This document shows positions 1-13,700 of a DNA stretch of 64,000 nucleotides, piece by piece. A program made the position numbers and the translations under genes. Every line of letters starts with the position of its first letter. Position 1 is the first letter of the stretch. Source of the DNA: Macrostomum hystrix (lineage: Eukaryota; Animalia; Platyhelminthes); assembly GCA_950097015.1 (NCBI GenBank), contig CATNEN010000029.1, forward strand, positions 5,084,001-5,148,000, read 5' to 3'. The notes beneath the pieces were generated by a model that did not search any database, was not told the DNA's origin, and worked only from the letters and a program-made list of their open reading frames with translations.

Positions 1-319
1 ACCCTAGCTGTAACTATTACACTCAAACTAGTCGGCTAGTAAAAGCTGAGGAAATGGAGAGTAAGACAAAGCAGGTAAAAATGATGAAGATAGATAAGTA
101 GACGCATGGACTACAAGTAATATAGTTGTGCGAGATGCACAGTGGCACAGCCTCAGCAATTGCGCAGCGCATACAAAGGCTGTGCACATCTGTTCAGTCC
201 ATGGACTGGGGGAAGCCGCCAGTCCATGGACTTCTCTATCCCAGTGAGAAGTGTGACTGGTTGGCACTAAAGCCACAAGCGAGAAATCAGAGAACAGCAT
301 AGTGCAGAGAGCTACCGGA

Positions 320-505
320 GAAAACGACACGGGAGAAACAGATGGGGGGAGAAAGACAGGGGAGAAAGACAGGGGAGAAAGACAGGGGAGAAAGACAGGG
401 GAGAAAGACAGGGGAGAAAGACACGGGAGAAAGACACGGGAGAAAGACACGGGAGAAAGACACGGGAGAAACAGATGTGAGGAGAAAGACAGGGGAGAAC
501 GACAG
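320..505. repeat. Minisatellite, 14-bp unit GGGAGAAAGACA(G/C)G
   Basis: Direct tandem copies; source of several low-complexity ORFs. Confidence 0.9.
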
Positions 506-1029
506 ACATATAGAGTAGGAGAGAAGCAGAATTCTAGACTCAGCCGAAAATATGTGCGTTGCATACTCAGCAGTCAAGAGCTCACTCTTGTAGATCCTCA
601 GGACGTGAGCAAGTCCTCTAAACTCCCAATGCCTAGCGGGATGGCGAGACGAAGCAGAGAGCAATACACAAGGGCTGTCGAGGTAAAAATCACTTTTGCA
701 ACTCCTAATTTTAGTCGAATATGTGTCCCAATGTTTATTGCTGTTCTGCTTCTAGCCTGCGGTTACCAGGCAGTAAAACTGCATAAACTAGCTTAGTTGT
801 TTTCTACTCGTATATTAAGAAGTAATTCAAGCGATTGAGGCGTTGAAATGGTTCCAAACAACCAAGAAGCATACATCAGAGTATTTCAAACTGCGAGTCA
901 CAATATCAGCGCGACGGCTCGGAATAATTTACGACTGAGTTTTTAATCTTTCTTTGTTTTACTTCTTTGCTTTCTTTTTTTACTAGCAAAATTTCACGCA
1001 ACAATTACTTTGAGACTATATACAGGGTA

Positions 1030-1165
1030 AAGAGGTATAGAGAGTAGGGAGAGAGGCATAGAGAGTAGCGAGAGAGGAATAGAGAGTAGGGAGAGAGGAA
1101 TGGAGAGTAGGGAGAGAGGAATGGAGAGTAGGGAGAGAGGAATAGAGAGTAGGGAGAGAGGCAAA
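1030..1165. repeat. Purine-rich minisatellite, 21-bp unit GAGAGTAGGGAGAGAGGAATA
   Basis: About 6 tandem copies. Confidence 0.85.
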
Positions 1166-2139
1166 GAGAGTTGGGGGTGGTAAGGAGAGTTGGGAGAGTG
1201 ACTGAGGATGAGAGGGGATTGGGGAGTTTTATCCCACTCCTTATCCAGTGAATTACCAGTCTTTCTTCCCCAGTAAAAAACAACTGAGATCTGACTGCTT
1301 TTTACAGTTTCGTTGCACTTAAAATATTGCGTGAGCTGATTTCATATTGTGGTCTCAAACCTGAAAAGCTTTTCAGAGAAGTTCTGAAGTGTCTGAGAAG
1401 TGTTATTAGAGTTGTCCATTTAGCCTTTTAATCACCACAGTCTGTGCGTCACTCATTCCTTTTTTCTATTGAACTTGCCTCTGCAATCTTTTTTAATCGA
1501 CGGAGCTTATCGTCCAGGACTTCGTGAGTTCGAATTTCAGCCAAAAGAGAAACTGATTGTGTGCTTGGGCGAGACACCTAATTCCCGATTGATTCCATTT
1601 ATTCAGCTGCTAAATTTCCTTTGGTATCAGTCCATGGACTGAGCAGTTGTACACAGCCACTTACTGTACATCTGCAGTGTGTACAACTTCTTTCAACAAC
1701 GGTGCAGCAGATTCTTACTCTTTGAAAAAAAACAAAGAAAATATTTTCGGATTTTAACAAATCACAGGTTAAAAAATCTAGCAGATTAAAAGTGGCCCGC
1801 CGTTATCTAAAATAAAAAAGTGAAAATTTCTCAAATGCAGTCTAGCACAGCTGATATTTCACTTTTGTACAGTAAAAATTGTACTGAAAAGGGGCAGAAC
1901 TAGTTTCCTAATCGCGGGCTTCCGTCTGCAGGGAGACGGGGCGACAGGTTTAAAGTGGATTAACTCCAGTAAGAAATCAATAAATCAGAGATTTTAAGTC
2001 AGTGTAGCCGGGCGCTAAGGAGTCAAGATTAAGGACTGGGGGTGACACACTTCCGGTTCATTCAATAGCTTTTTCTCTCGCTACCTTTAAGCCACTGGGA
2101 TTAATTGACTGCATGAATCTTATCTTAGAGAGAGTGTGA

Positions 2140-2810
2140 GGGTGTTGCAGCTTCCACTAGCATTTACCTGAGCCCTGCCCCTGAGGATTGGGTTGTTGCA
2201 GCTTCCACTATCATTTACCTGAGCCCAACCCCTGAGGATTGGGGTGTTGCAGCTTCCACTATCATTTACCTGAGCCCTGCCCCTGAGGATTGGGTTGTTG
2301 CAGCTTCCACTATCATTTACCTGAGCCCAACCCCTGAGGATTGGGGTGTTGCAGCTTCCACTATCATTTACCTGAGCCCTGCCCCTGAGGATTGGGTTGT
2401 TGCAGCTTCCACTATCATTTACCTGAGCCCAACCCCTGAGGATTGGGGTGTTGCAGCTTCCACTATCATTTACCTGAGCCTTACCCCTGAGGATTGTGGT
2501 GTTGCAGCTTCCACTATCATTTACCTGAGCCCTGCCCCTGAGGATTGGGGTGTTGCAGCTTCCACTATCATTTACCTGAGCCCTGCCCCTGAGGATTGGG
2601 GTGTTGCAGCTTCCACTATCATTTACCTGAGCCCAACCCCTGAGGATTGGGGTGTTGCAGCTTCCACTTTCATTTACCTGAGCCTTACCCCTGAGGATTG
2701 GGGTGTTGCAGCTTCCACTTTCATTTACCTGAGCCTTACCCCTGAGGATTGGGGTGTTGCAGCTTCCGCTATCATTTACCTGAGCCCAACCCCTGATGAT
2801 TGGGTGTTAT
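2140..2810. repeat. Minisatellite, ~51-bp unit, ~13 copies
   Basis: GTTGCAGCTTCCACTATCATTTACCTGAGCCC...CCCTGAGGATTGG recurs at 51-bp spacing. Confidence 0.95.
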
Positions 2811-3184
2811 ACCTTTTAATATTTTATTCGCGAGCTTTGCAATCATGCAAAACTTCAGTTTAAGGTGCGCGATGCTTGCCTAATATGATCGGAACTTGAA
2901 ATCTTTTTCGTTTTTTGTTCTTTCTATAACTTTCATTTTATCTTTCTTTATATTTACCTGCTGCGGTTTGAAACTGTTAGTTTAGCAGCTCAGCATCTGT
3001 CTAATCTGAGATGGAGTAGTGTGAGTAGGGCAAAGTGTGAGGGAATAACAGGGAATGGACGGATGTTTGCGAAGAACTGCGTCTCTTTATTTGTCTCCCC
3101 GAGTCTTGTTTCTGCGAAGCTTCCGCTCCGATCAGGACAACTGATAAGATAAGATAAAAAGTTCAGTTAGAAAAGTTAACAGGT

Positions 3185-5445
3185 GAGGGAGTGAGAGAGT
3201 GCAGTAGTGTCAGGGAGTGAAAGAGAGTGCAGTAGTGTCAGTGAGTGAGAGAGTGCAGTAGTGTCAGGGAGTGAAAGAGAGTGCAGTAGTGTCAGTGAGT
3301 GAGAGAGTGCAGTAGTGTCAGGGAGTGAAAGAGAGTGCAGTAGTGAGAGAGTGCAGTAGTGTCAGGGAGTGAAAGAGAGTGCAGTAGTGAGAGAGTGCAG
3401 TAGTGTCAGGGAGTGAGAGAGTGCAGTAGTGTCAGGGAGTGAGAGAGTGCAGTAGTGTCAGGGAGTGAGAGAGTGCAGTAGTGTCAGGGAGTGAGAGAGT
3501 GCAGTAGTGTCAGGGAGTGAGAGAGTGCAGTAGTGTCAGGGTGTGAGAGAGTGCAGTAGTGTCAGGGAGTGAAAGAGAGTGCAGTAGTGTCAGGGAGTGA
3601 GAGAGTTCAGTAGTGTCAGGGAGTGAAAGAGAGTGCAGTAGTGTCACGGAGTGAGAGAGTGCAGTAGTGTCAGGGAGTGAGAGAGTGCAGTAGTGTCAGG
3701 GAGTGAAAGAGAGTGCAGTAGTGTCAGGGAGTGAGAGAGTGCAGTAGTGTCAGGGAGTGAAAGAGAGTGCAGTAGTGTCAGGGAGTGAGAGAGTGCAGTA
3801 GTGTCAGGGAGTGAGAGAGAGTGCAGTAGTGTCAGGGAGTGAGAGAGTGCAGTAGTGTCAGGGAGTGAGAGAGAGCAGTAGTGTCAGGGAGTGAGAGAGT
3901 GCAGTAGTGTCAGGGAGTGAGAGAGTGCAGTAGTGAGAGAGTGCAGTAGTGTCAGGGAGTGAGAGAGTGCAGTAGTGTCAGGGAGTGAGAGAGAGCAGTA
4001 GTGTCAGGGAGTGAGAGAGTGCAGTAGTGTCAGGGAGTGAAAGAGAGTGCAGTAGTGAGAGAGTGCAGTAGTGTCAGGGAGTGAGAGAGAGTGCAGTAGT
4101 GTCAGGGAGTGAGAGAGAGTGCAGTAGTGTCAGGGAGTGAGAGAGAGTGCAGTAGTGTCAGGGAGTGAGAGAGAGTGCAGTAGTGTCAGGGAGTGAGAGA
4201 GTGCAGTAGTGTCAGGGAGTGAAAGAGAGTGCAGTAGTGTCAGTGAGTGAGAGAGTGCAGTAGTGTCAGGGAGTGAAAGAGAGTGCAGTAGTGAGAGAGT
4301 GCAGTAGTGTCAGGGAGTGAGAGAGTGCAGTAGTGTCAGGGAGTGAGAGAGAGTGCAGTAGTGTCAGGGAGTGAGAGAGTGCAGTAGTGTCAGGGAGTGA
4401 AAGAGAGTGCAGTAGTGTCAGGGAGTGAGAGAGTGCAGTAGTGTCAGGGAGTGAAAGAGAGTGCAGTAGTGAGAGAGTGCAGTAGTGTCAGGGAGTGAGA
4501 GAGAGTGCAGTAGTGTCAGGGAGTGAGAGAGAGTGCAGTAGTGTCAGGGAGTGAGAGAGAGTGCAGTAGTGTCAGGGAGTGAGAGAGTGCAGTAGTGTCA
4601 GGGAGTGAGAGAGAGTGCAGTAGTGTCAGGGAGTGAGAGAGAGTGCAGTAGTGTCAGGGAGTGAGAGAGAGTGCAGTAGTGTCAGGGAGTGAGAGAGTGC
4701 AGTAGTGTCAGGGAGTGAGAGAGAGTGCAGTAGTGTCAGGGAGTGAGAGAGAGTGCAGTAGTGTCAGGGAGTGAGAGAGAGTGCAGTAGTGTCAGGGAGT
4801 GAGAGAGTGCAGTAGTGTCAGGGAGTGAGAGAGAGTGCAGTAGTGTCAGGGAGTGAGAGAGAGTGCAGTAGTGTCAGGGAGTGAAAGAGAGTGCAGTAGT
4901 GAGAGAGTGCAGTAGTGTCAGGGAGTGAGAGAGTGCAGTAGTGTCAGGGAGTGAGAGAGAGTGCAGTAGTGTCAGGGAGTGAGAGAGTGCAGTAGTGTCA
5001 GGGAGTGAAAGAGAGTGCAGTAGTGTCAGGGAGTGAGAGAGTGCAGTAGTGTCAGGGAGTGAAAGAGAGTGCAGTAGTGAGAGAGTGCAGTAGTGTCAGG
5101 GAGTGAGAGAGTGCAGTAGTGTCAGGGAGTGAGAGAGAGTGCAGTAGTGTCAGGGAGTGAGAGAGAGTGCAGTAGTGTCAGGGAGTGAGAGAGTGCAGTA
5201 GTGTCAGGGAGTGAGAGAGAGTGCAGTAGTGTCAGGGAGTGAGAGAGAGTGCAGTAGTGTCAGGGAGTGAGAGAGAGTGCAGTAGTGTCAGGGAGTGAGA
5301 GAGTGCAGTAGTGTCAGGGAGTGAGAGAGAGTGCAGTAGTGTCAGGGAGTGAGAGAGAGTGCAGTAGTGTCAGGGAGTGAGAGAGAGTGCAGTTGTGTCA
5401 GGGAGTGAGAGAGTGCAGTAGTGTCAGGGAGTGAAAGAGAGTGTG
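3185..5445. repeat. Minisatellite, 26-28-bp unit GTGCAGTAGTGTCAGGGAGTGAGAGA(GA)
   Basis: 2.2-kb array with variable GA microsatellite inside the unit. Confidence 0.97.
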
Positions 5446-5889
5446 TGCAATAGTACGAGTAGTTGTAGTGCAATCCCAGTTGAGAAGTGTCAACTAGTGA
5501 GTGTGAGTGTAGTTGAGCAGTATCAGAAGAGTTAAAGAATTATGAATTCACCCCTTCAGCAGAGTTTTTGCTGCTGCTGCTGCTGCTGTCCATAGGCAAT
5601 ATCTGAATATAGAAAAATTCATTCACGGTCGAGTAGGTTTTCTTGCGCGCTTTTAGTTCATAATCGTCTCAGCTGTGAGTTGACTCAATAAAAACCTTTA
5701 GTTGCAACCAACGCATTAAATCGGCCAGTTGCGGGCGATCCCCTGAGAGAGGACTCAAAATCTGAAAGCCAAGGAGAGCAGACTGCAGTGAGGTTGGTAA
5801 TGGACTGTTGTGAAGGCCTAGTGTGATAGTAAACAGAAATAAAAACTGCATTACTGAGTCGATTTAATGTTTGCGAGATTGGAATACTG

Positions 5890-7262
5890 TCCCACAGTGT
5901 GGGATAGTGTCAGACATGGTGACATTTTGGGATAGTGTCAGATATGGTGACATTGTGGGATAGTGTCAGATATGGTGACATTGTGGGATAGTGGTCAGAT
6001 ATGGTGACATTGTGGGATAGTGTCAGATATGGTGACATTATGGGATAGTGTCAGATAGGGTGACATTGTGGGATACTGTCAGATATGGTGACATTGTGGG
6101 ATAGTGTCAGATAGGGTGACATTGTGGGATACTGTCAGATATGGTGACATTGTGGGATACTGTCAGATATGGTGACATTGTGGGATAGTGTCAGATAGGG
6201 TGAGATTATGGGATAGTGTCAGATAGGGTGACATTGTGTGATAGTGTCAGATATGGTGACATTATGGGATAGTGTCAGATAGGGTGACATTGTGGGATAG
6301 TGTCAGATATGGTGACATTATGGGATAGTGGTCAGATATGGTGACATTATGGGATAGTGGTCAGATATGGTGACATTGTGGGATAGTGGTCAGATATGGT
6401 GACATTATGGGATAGTGGTCAGATATGGTGACATTGTGGGATAGTGTCAGATAGGGTGACATTGTGGGATATTGTCAGATAGGGTGACATTGTGGGATAT
6501 TGTCAGATAGGGTGAGACTGTGGGATATTGTCAGATAGGGTGAGATTGTGGGTTAGTGTCAGATAGGGTGAGATTGTGGGTTAGTGTCAGATAGGGTGAG
6601 ATTATGGGATAGTGTCAGATAGGGTGAGATTATGGGATAGTGTCAGATAGGGTGAGATTATGGGATAGTGTCAGATAGGGTGAGATTATGGGATAGTGTC
6701 AGATAGGGTGAGATTTTAGGTTAGTGTCAGATAGGGTGAGATTATGGGATAGTGTCAGATAGGGTGAGATTATGGGATAGTGTCAGATAGGGTGAGATTT
6801 TAGGTTAGTGTCAGATAGGGTGAGATTATGGGATAGTGTCAGATAGGGTGAGATTATGGGATAGTGTCAGATAGGGTGAGATTTTAGGTTAGTGTCAGAT
6901 AGGGTGAGATTATGGGATAGTGTCAGATAGGGTGAGATTATGGGATAGTGTCAGATAGGGTGAGATTTTAGGTTAGTGTCAGATAGGGTGAGATTATGGG
7001 ATAGTGTCAGATAGGGTGAGATTATGGGATAGTGTCAGATAGGGTGAGATTTTAGGTTAGTGTCAGATAGGGTGAGATTATGGGATAGTGTCAGATAGGG
7101 TGAGATTATGGGATAGTGTCAGATAGGGTGAGATTATGGGATAGTGTCAGATAGGGTGAGATTATGGGATAGTGTCAGATAGGGTGAGATTTTAGGTTAG
7201 TGTCAGATAGGGTGAGATTATGGGATAGTGTCAGATAGGGTGAGATTATGGGATAGTGTCAG
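5890..7262. repeat. Minisatellite, 28-bp unit GGGATAGTGTCAGATAGGGTGAGATTAT
   Basis: Tandem array whose variant type changes along its length. Confidence 0.97.
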
Positions 7263-7669
7263 ATATGTCAGAGTATTTTTTGCAGATTTTCCAAGCAGAC
7301 AATAAAATTGCTTCTGCGGTGGTTGAATTGTGGGTTCGACTCGGCAAGATGGTAAAGGAGTTTGTGTTAGTAATTCTTTCAAGATTCATAGTGTCAGGAA
7401 AGTCAGACACTGGCGCTGATTCTGTGCAGCAAAATTATTGCAGAGAAAAATATGCACTTTTATGGTGTCAGTTGTGAGCGAGTGTAATTCCAGCGATTTA
7501 TTAGCAGAATCAGGATTTTTTTACAAAAATTCACTCGTAAGCTACTGTTAGTACGTGCTTAAGAAAAATTTTTCTTGCAAAAAAGATAAATAACAGTTGC
7601 GTAAGTTAGAAATTAAACTATAGCGACAGTTTCGGCAGAGCGAAATTTTATATGCAAGAGGACTGAACC

Positions 7670-8280
7670 TTATGGGAATCGATCAGCAAGATCACTGTGA
7701 TCCCAATGATCTCTATGGGGAATCGATCAGCAAGATCACTGTGATCCCAATGATCTCTATGGGGAATCGATCAGCAAGATCACTGTGATCCCAATGATCT
7801 CTATGGGGAATCGATCAGCAAGATCACTGTGATCCCAATGATCTCTATGGGGAATCGATCAGCAAGATCAATGTGATCCCAATGATCTCTATGGGGAATC
7901 GATCAGCAAGATCACTGTGATCCCAATGATCTCTATGGGGAATCGATCAGCAAGATCACTGTGATCCCAATGATCTCTATGGGGAATCGATCAGCAAGAT
8001 CACTGTGATCCCAATGATTTCTATGGAGAATCGATCAGCAAGATCACTGTGATCCCAATGATTTCTATGGGGAATCGATCAGCAAGATCACTGTGATCCC
8101 AATGATCTCTATGGGGAATCGATCAGCAAGATCACTGTGATCCCAATGATCTCTATGGGGAATCGATCAGCAAGATTACTGTGATTTTTAATGATTTCTA
8201 TGGGGAATCGATCAGCAAGATCACTGTGATCCCAATGATTTCTATGGGGAATCGATCAGCAAGATCACAGTGACCCCAAT
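7670..8280. repeat. Minisatellite, 44-bp GATC-rich unit, ~14 copies
   Basis: GGGGAATCGATCAGCAAGATCACTGTGATCCCAATGATCTCTAT repeated. Confidence 0.97.
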
Positions 8281-8428
8281 GAACATTTAAAGTAAGAATG
8301 AAAAAGTGGATTTTAACCTGCAGAAAAATATCTGATTTGTTATTTGTGTCCATTTTAACCACTAGTCCATTTTTGTTTAACTGAAGTTTTAGCGCAAGGC
8401 AAACAGGTTTGTCGGGTGCATTCCAACT

Positions 8429-10681
8429 TCAGTCTGATCCGGGCCTGCTCAGGGCCCTACTCTTTTGCAGCTTATAGCTTCGCAGCCAAATTTCTGATAG
8501 GCACACAGTCGAATGAAACCGAAAGAAGATGATCAACGGCAGGAAGATGTACTTAATGATCCGCCAGGGCAGCCGGCCGAAGTACTGGTTGAGAAACTCC
8601 TGCGAGATTGTACGCTTGGTTTCAAACACGGACGCGATCCACATGGCCAGGTTGGCGATCAGCAGGGCGATGGTGATGCCGCGGCCGGGCTTCCGGTTCC
8701 GATTGGCCAGGACCAGACTGATGCGGCGCTGCACAGCCTGGCAAGTTTAACGAGATAAATACGGACTTTGTTCAGCTTTCAGAGCCGCGGCGCTCCAGAG
8801 CGTCTCGCATTGTTGTTAGAGGTCACTGCTTCGAATCAAAACTACGACATTGTTCTGTCATTTAAAGTACTTTGAAAGCCGAACCCGAAAGCACAGTTTA
8901 AATAGTGAAATAAGGATAGTTGAATACGGTGGGAGTGAGTGGCCGGGCGGTCTAACGCGTTTGCCTCTCGCACCAAGGTCCCTGAGCTCGATTCCGCAGC
9001 GAGGCCACATTCATTTGTCGTGCAATTCATGCCCTTGAGGGCCAATCTCGAAGGCACAGTGAAAGTGCCTGCATGCCTGCCTGCACGATGAGAAAATCAG
9101 GGCATATGTACACACCTGTTTGAGCGTGTCTGCGTACAGTATCTGTGTGCGTGTGTGCTCAGGAGTCAGCGAGTCAGCTGGCTGCGGGTCTAGTGTTACC
9201 AAATGGTGTGCCACTGCCCACAGACCTCCTGCAATTGTTAGTATTATTATTGTAACCGGTTTCATTCACCTGCATAATAAAGAGGGTCTGGATCACCGAC
9301 TGTGTAACCTCCAGCGCCGACTTCAGCCCGCTGGTCAGCGTGATGATGTTGCGCACTCCACCAGGCTCCCCGGACCACGGGCAGTGATCGCAGACACGGC
9401 TACGAACAGGTTGTAGCAGACGATGCCGGCAAGGCCAACGAACAGCAGGTTGACGTCGAAGGCCTCGCTGCCAGTGACTCGGTAGAGGCGCAGGTTGCGG
9501 ACAGCCTTCACCGTGCCAACCAGAGACATTCCGGTGGTGAACAGCAGCACAATGCATTCCATTCCGAGCACAGCCAGCACGTAGGGCCCGTGAATCTTCA
9601 GGTCCACTTTCTTTAGAAGGATCAGGCTAATGAGAGGCACCAGCTCGCAGATCATGATGAATAGGCCCAGGAATAGGCCTTTGTGAGATTTGTGACAGGC
9701 GGTGGAGCGAGGCCCCGCCTGGTCTCCCTTCTGCCCGAAGCTGTCAAGGCTCGTGTCGCCGATGCGGCCAAACACTTTGTAGCAGATCGCGGCGCACACC
9801 AGGCCGTATTCAACCGCGCACGGATACAGGTAGGGACCCAGCTTGTGGGACGGGCCCTCCTCTAGCAGCTGCTCTAGACAACCTAGGACCATTTTAGCAT
9901 TTTAGCAGATATGGTATACTTAAGACCTAGTGAGTCCTCTCTTTTTCAGCAGGATCTAGGATCTGTAGGATCTAGGATCTGTAGGATCTAGGATCTGTAG
10001 GATCTAGGATCTGTAGGATCTAGGATCTGTAGGATCTAGGATCTGTAGGATCTAGGATCTGTAGGATCTAGGATCTGTAGGATCTAGGATCTGTAGGATC
10101 TAGGATCTGTAGGATCTAGGATCTGTAGGATCTAGGATCTGTAGGATCTAGGATCTGTAGGATCTAGGATCTGTAGGATCTAGGATCTGTAGGATCTAGG
10201 ATCTGTAGGATCTAGGATCTGTAGGATCTAGGATCTGTAGGATCTAGGATTTGTAGGATCTAGGATCTGTAGGATCTAGGATCTGTAGGATCTAGGATCT
10301 GTAGGATCTAGGATCTGTAGGATCTAGGATCTGTAGGATCTAGGATCTGTAGGATCTAGGATCTGTAGGATCTAGGATCTGGGATCTAGAATAAAATTAC
10401 TTAGAATTTTTCGAAGGCTCACGATCACTGGAAGTGTTTCCGTGATGACCAGTCAAATTTTGATGCTCAGCAAGTGACACATTTCCCAGCTGGTGAATCT
10501 CCGCGTGATGACTTGACGTGATGGCCACCTTGATCTCGTAGATAACCGTCTTGACCCAGATGCACAGGTTGGTAACTATCAGGTGGACAACCATGAACCT
10601 GACTAGCGATGTCTGCGAGTTGAAGGTCACCTACAGACAGCAGGCATCGATAGAGGTGAGTCTAATGAGTCTAATGAGTCA

Positions 10682-10734
<53 letters not shown>

Positions 10735-13700
10735 ACTCACCCGGTGGTGCTTGAAGACAAAATAGGTCTGGGCCATGATGAAGAGCAGGTGGATGACCTG
10801 CTTAGGAATGAACCAGATGTCCTCGCAGCTATTTTTGCCTCGCTTTTCAATCACTTCCGAAATTCGAAAACCGTCGTGAATCATCACGCCGAAGCCGAAA
10901 ACTGGACGATTAGAAATTTCACATCAAAAACGAAAAGTTTATTAAGCATAAATGTGATAACAATGTTAAAAAAATTAGTTCGTTATTCACCGATCGCCCC
11001 AAGCCTGAGGTACAGGTTGACACCCGTCTCTGATTGAGAGATTGGCTCGCTTGAAATAAATGGCAGCATCGATTCTGAAAAAAATGCAGAAATTAAAATA
11101 ATAGTCCACGCTATGAGTGGATTATCCGTACAGTTATGAGTGGATTATCCGTGCAGTTATGAGTGGATTATCCATTCAGTTATGAGTGGATTATCCGTGC
11201 AGTTATGAGTGGATTATCCGTGCAGTTATGAGTGGATTATCCGTGCAGTTATGAGTGGATTATCCATTCAGTTATGAGTGGATTATCCATTCAGTTATGA
11301 GTGGATTATCCATTCAGTTATGAGTGGATTATCCATTCAGTTATGAGTGGATTATCCGTTCAGTTATGAGTGGATTATCCGTGCAGTTATGAGTGGATTA
11401 TCCGTTCAGTTATGAGTGGATTATCCGTGCAGTTATGAGTGGATTATCCGTGCAGTTATGAGTGGATTATCCATTCAGTTATGAGTGGATTATCCGTTCA
11501 GTTATGAGTGGATTATCCGTGCAGTTATGAGTGGATTATCCATGCAGTTATGAGTAGATTATCCGTGCAGTTATGAGTGGATTATCCGTGCAGTTATGAG
11601 TGGATTATCCGTGCAGTTATGAGTGGATTATCCGTTCAGTTATGAGTGGATTATCCGTGCAGTTATGAGTGGATTATCCGTGCAGTTATGAGTGGATTAT
11701 CCATTCAGTTATGAGTGGATTATCCGTGCAGTTATGAGTGGATTATCCATTCAGTTATGAGTGGATTATCCGTGCAGTTATGAGTGGATTATCCGTGCAG
11801 TTATGAGTGGATTATCCGTGCAGATATGAGTGGATTATCCGTGCAGTTATGAGTGGATTATCCGTGCAGTTATGAGTGGATTATCCGTTCAGTTATGAGT
11901 GGATTATCCGTGTAGTTATGAGTGGATTATCCGTTCAGTTATGAGTGGATTATCCGTGCAGTTATGAGTGGATTATCCGTGCAGTTATGAGTGGATTATC
12001 CGTGCAGTTATGAGTGGATTATCCGTGCAGTTATGAGTGGATTATCCGTGCAGTTATGAGTGGATTATCCGTGCAGTTATGAGTGGATTATCCGTGCAGT
12101 TATGAGTGGATTATCCGTGCAGTTATGAGTGGATTATCCGTGCAGTTGTGTGTGGATTATCCATTTAGTTAAGAGGGGATTATCTAATTGTAAAAAGTAT
12201 CGAGTCCTTAGTTACCCGATGTAAAGGTTGCCACGGAGGTCTGCCTGGGCAGGCCGCTCATTGACAGCGCGTCCTCTGACGACCCCGCCGCCGCAGTCAG
12301 CGAAGGAGACGTCAGGCTGGCCAGCGCCACCTTTCGCTTGAACCCGCGGGTCTCAGCCGGGGCTTCAGCCGGAACCAGCAGCTCCCCCAGCAGTTCAGCC
12401 TTTGCGCCATCCTTCTGCTCATCCTGCTGTTCCTGAGGCTGCTGCTGCTGCTGCTGCTGCTGCCGCTGCTGCTGCTCCCATTCTACCACGCTCTCCTGCC
12501 GTTTAGGAATTCTGAGCATCTGCCTGCTGCCGCCGCTGCCGCCGTGACCGGCCGAGCGCTGCTGCCAGGAGATCAGCGAGTTCATGTAGACGATGCACAG
12601 CAGTCCGACTCCGTGCATAAAGATGTAGAACACCTGCAAGGGAGTACAGGGGTTCGAGTCGATGGGAGAAAAGATTTGAGTTCACAGAATTCGGAATCCA
12701 GTCGGATTTCACCTGTCTGTAGGCGGCATGCTCTAGCGGCTTTGCAAGGGCGTCGCTTATTGGAATGACAACCCCTAGCATGAAGGTCATGAGAGCGTAG
12801 AGTGTCAGCAGGGACTGCAGAATAGAGCTCAAGGTGGACGCCCTCGGGTTGGCGGCGAAGGTAAGCAAACTGGGTTTCCTGGCTCTGCGATTTCAGGAAG
12901 GTGGATTGATGACGCTGCAATCACACTGTCCCACCGTCCCACCGTCTGTCCCACCGTCACTCTGTCCCACCGTCACTCTGTCCCACCGTCACTCTGTCCC
13001 ACCGTCACTCTGTCCCACCGTCACTCTGCCCCACCGTCACTCTGTCCCACCGTCACACTGTCCCACCGTCACTCTGTCCCACCGTCACTCTGCCCCACCG
13101 TCACTCTGTCCCACCGTCACTCTGTCCGACCGTCACTCTGTCCCACCGTCACTCCGATCCTTCGTCACTCTGGATATTTGAGAATGTTTTTAAAAGTTCG
13201 CGTAAAGTGTAATAAAATCGCTTTAATTTTCACATGTCATTCGTTCAGTTTGTGAGTTTGTGACCACTGATGCAGTAAAAATTTAGTTTTCACTAGACCG
13301 AAACGTCCAAAAGAAGAATCACTAAAAGGCAGCCAGTTGGAAAAAAGTAGATTCGCCTAAAGTAAATTGCAAGTAACATTCGAGTGAAGTTGGCCTTCCT
13401 AATAGAAATATTCCTAAAAGATTGGAAATTTTGGCACAAGTTTAACAGGTCTGTGTAAGCGTAACGCACCATTAGAAAATTGACAGCTATGCTAATTTTT
13501 CAAGGCAACGTGTTTTAAAGTGCAAGTCAATAGAGCTTTCTTATAGTTTTTTGGTTTAATCTAAAAACGTTTCCGGCGTCGAACGCACTGGCATGGCGGT
13601 CTAACAAGTTTGCCTCTCGCACCAAGGTCCCGAGCTCGATTCCGGGGATAAGGCCACATTAATTTGGGTGCTGCTGTGGAGAGAAGGCTTGGGTGCTTAC

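Noticed and set aside
2140-8280. Regular 44-51 bp repeats as possible CRISPR arrays; GTTTTAGAGAG at ~24786
   Set aside because: Units are head-to-tail with no unique spacers, there are no cas genes, and the context is eukaryotic.
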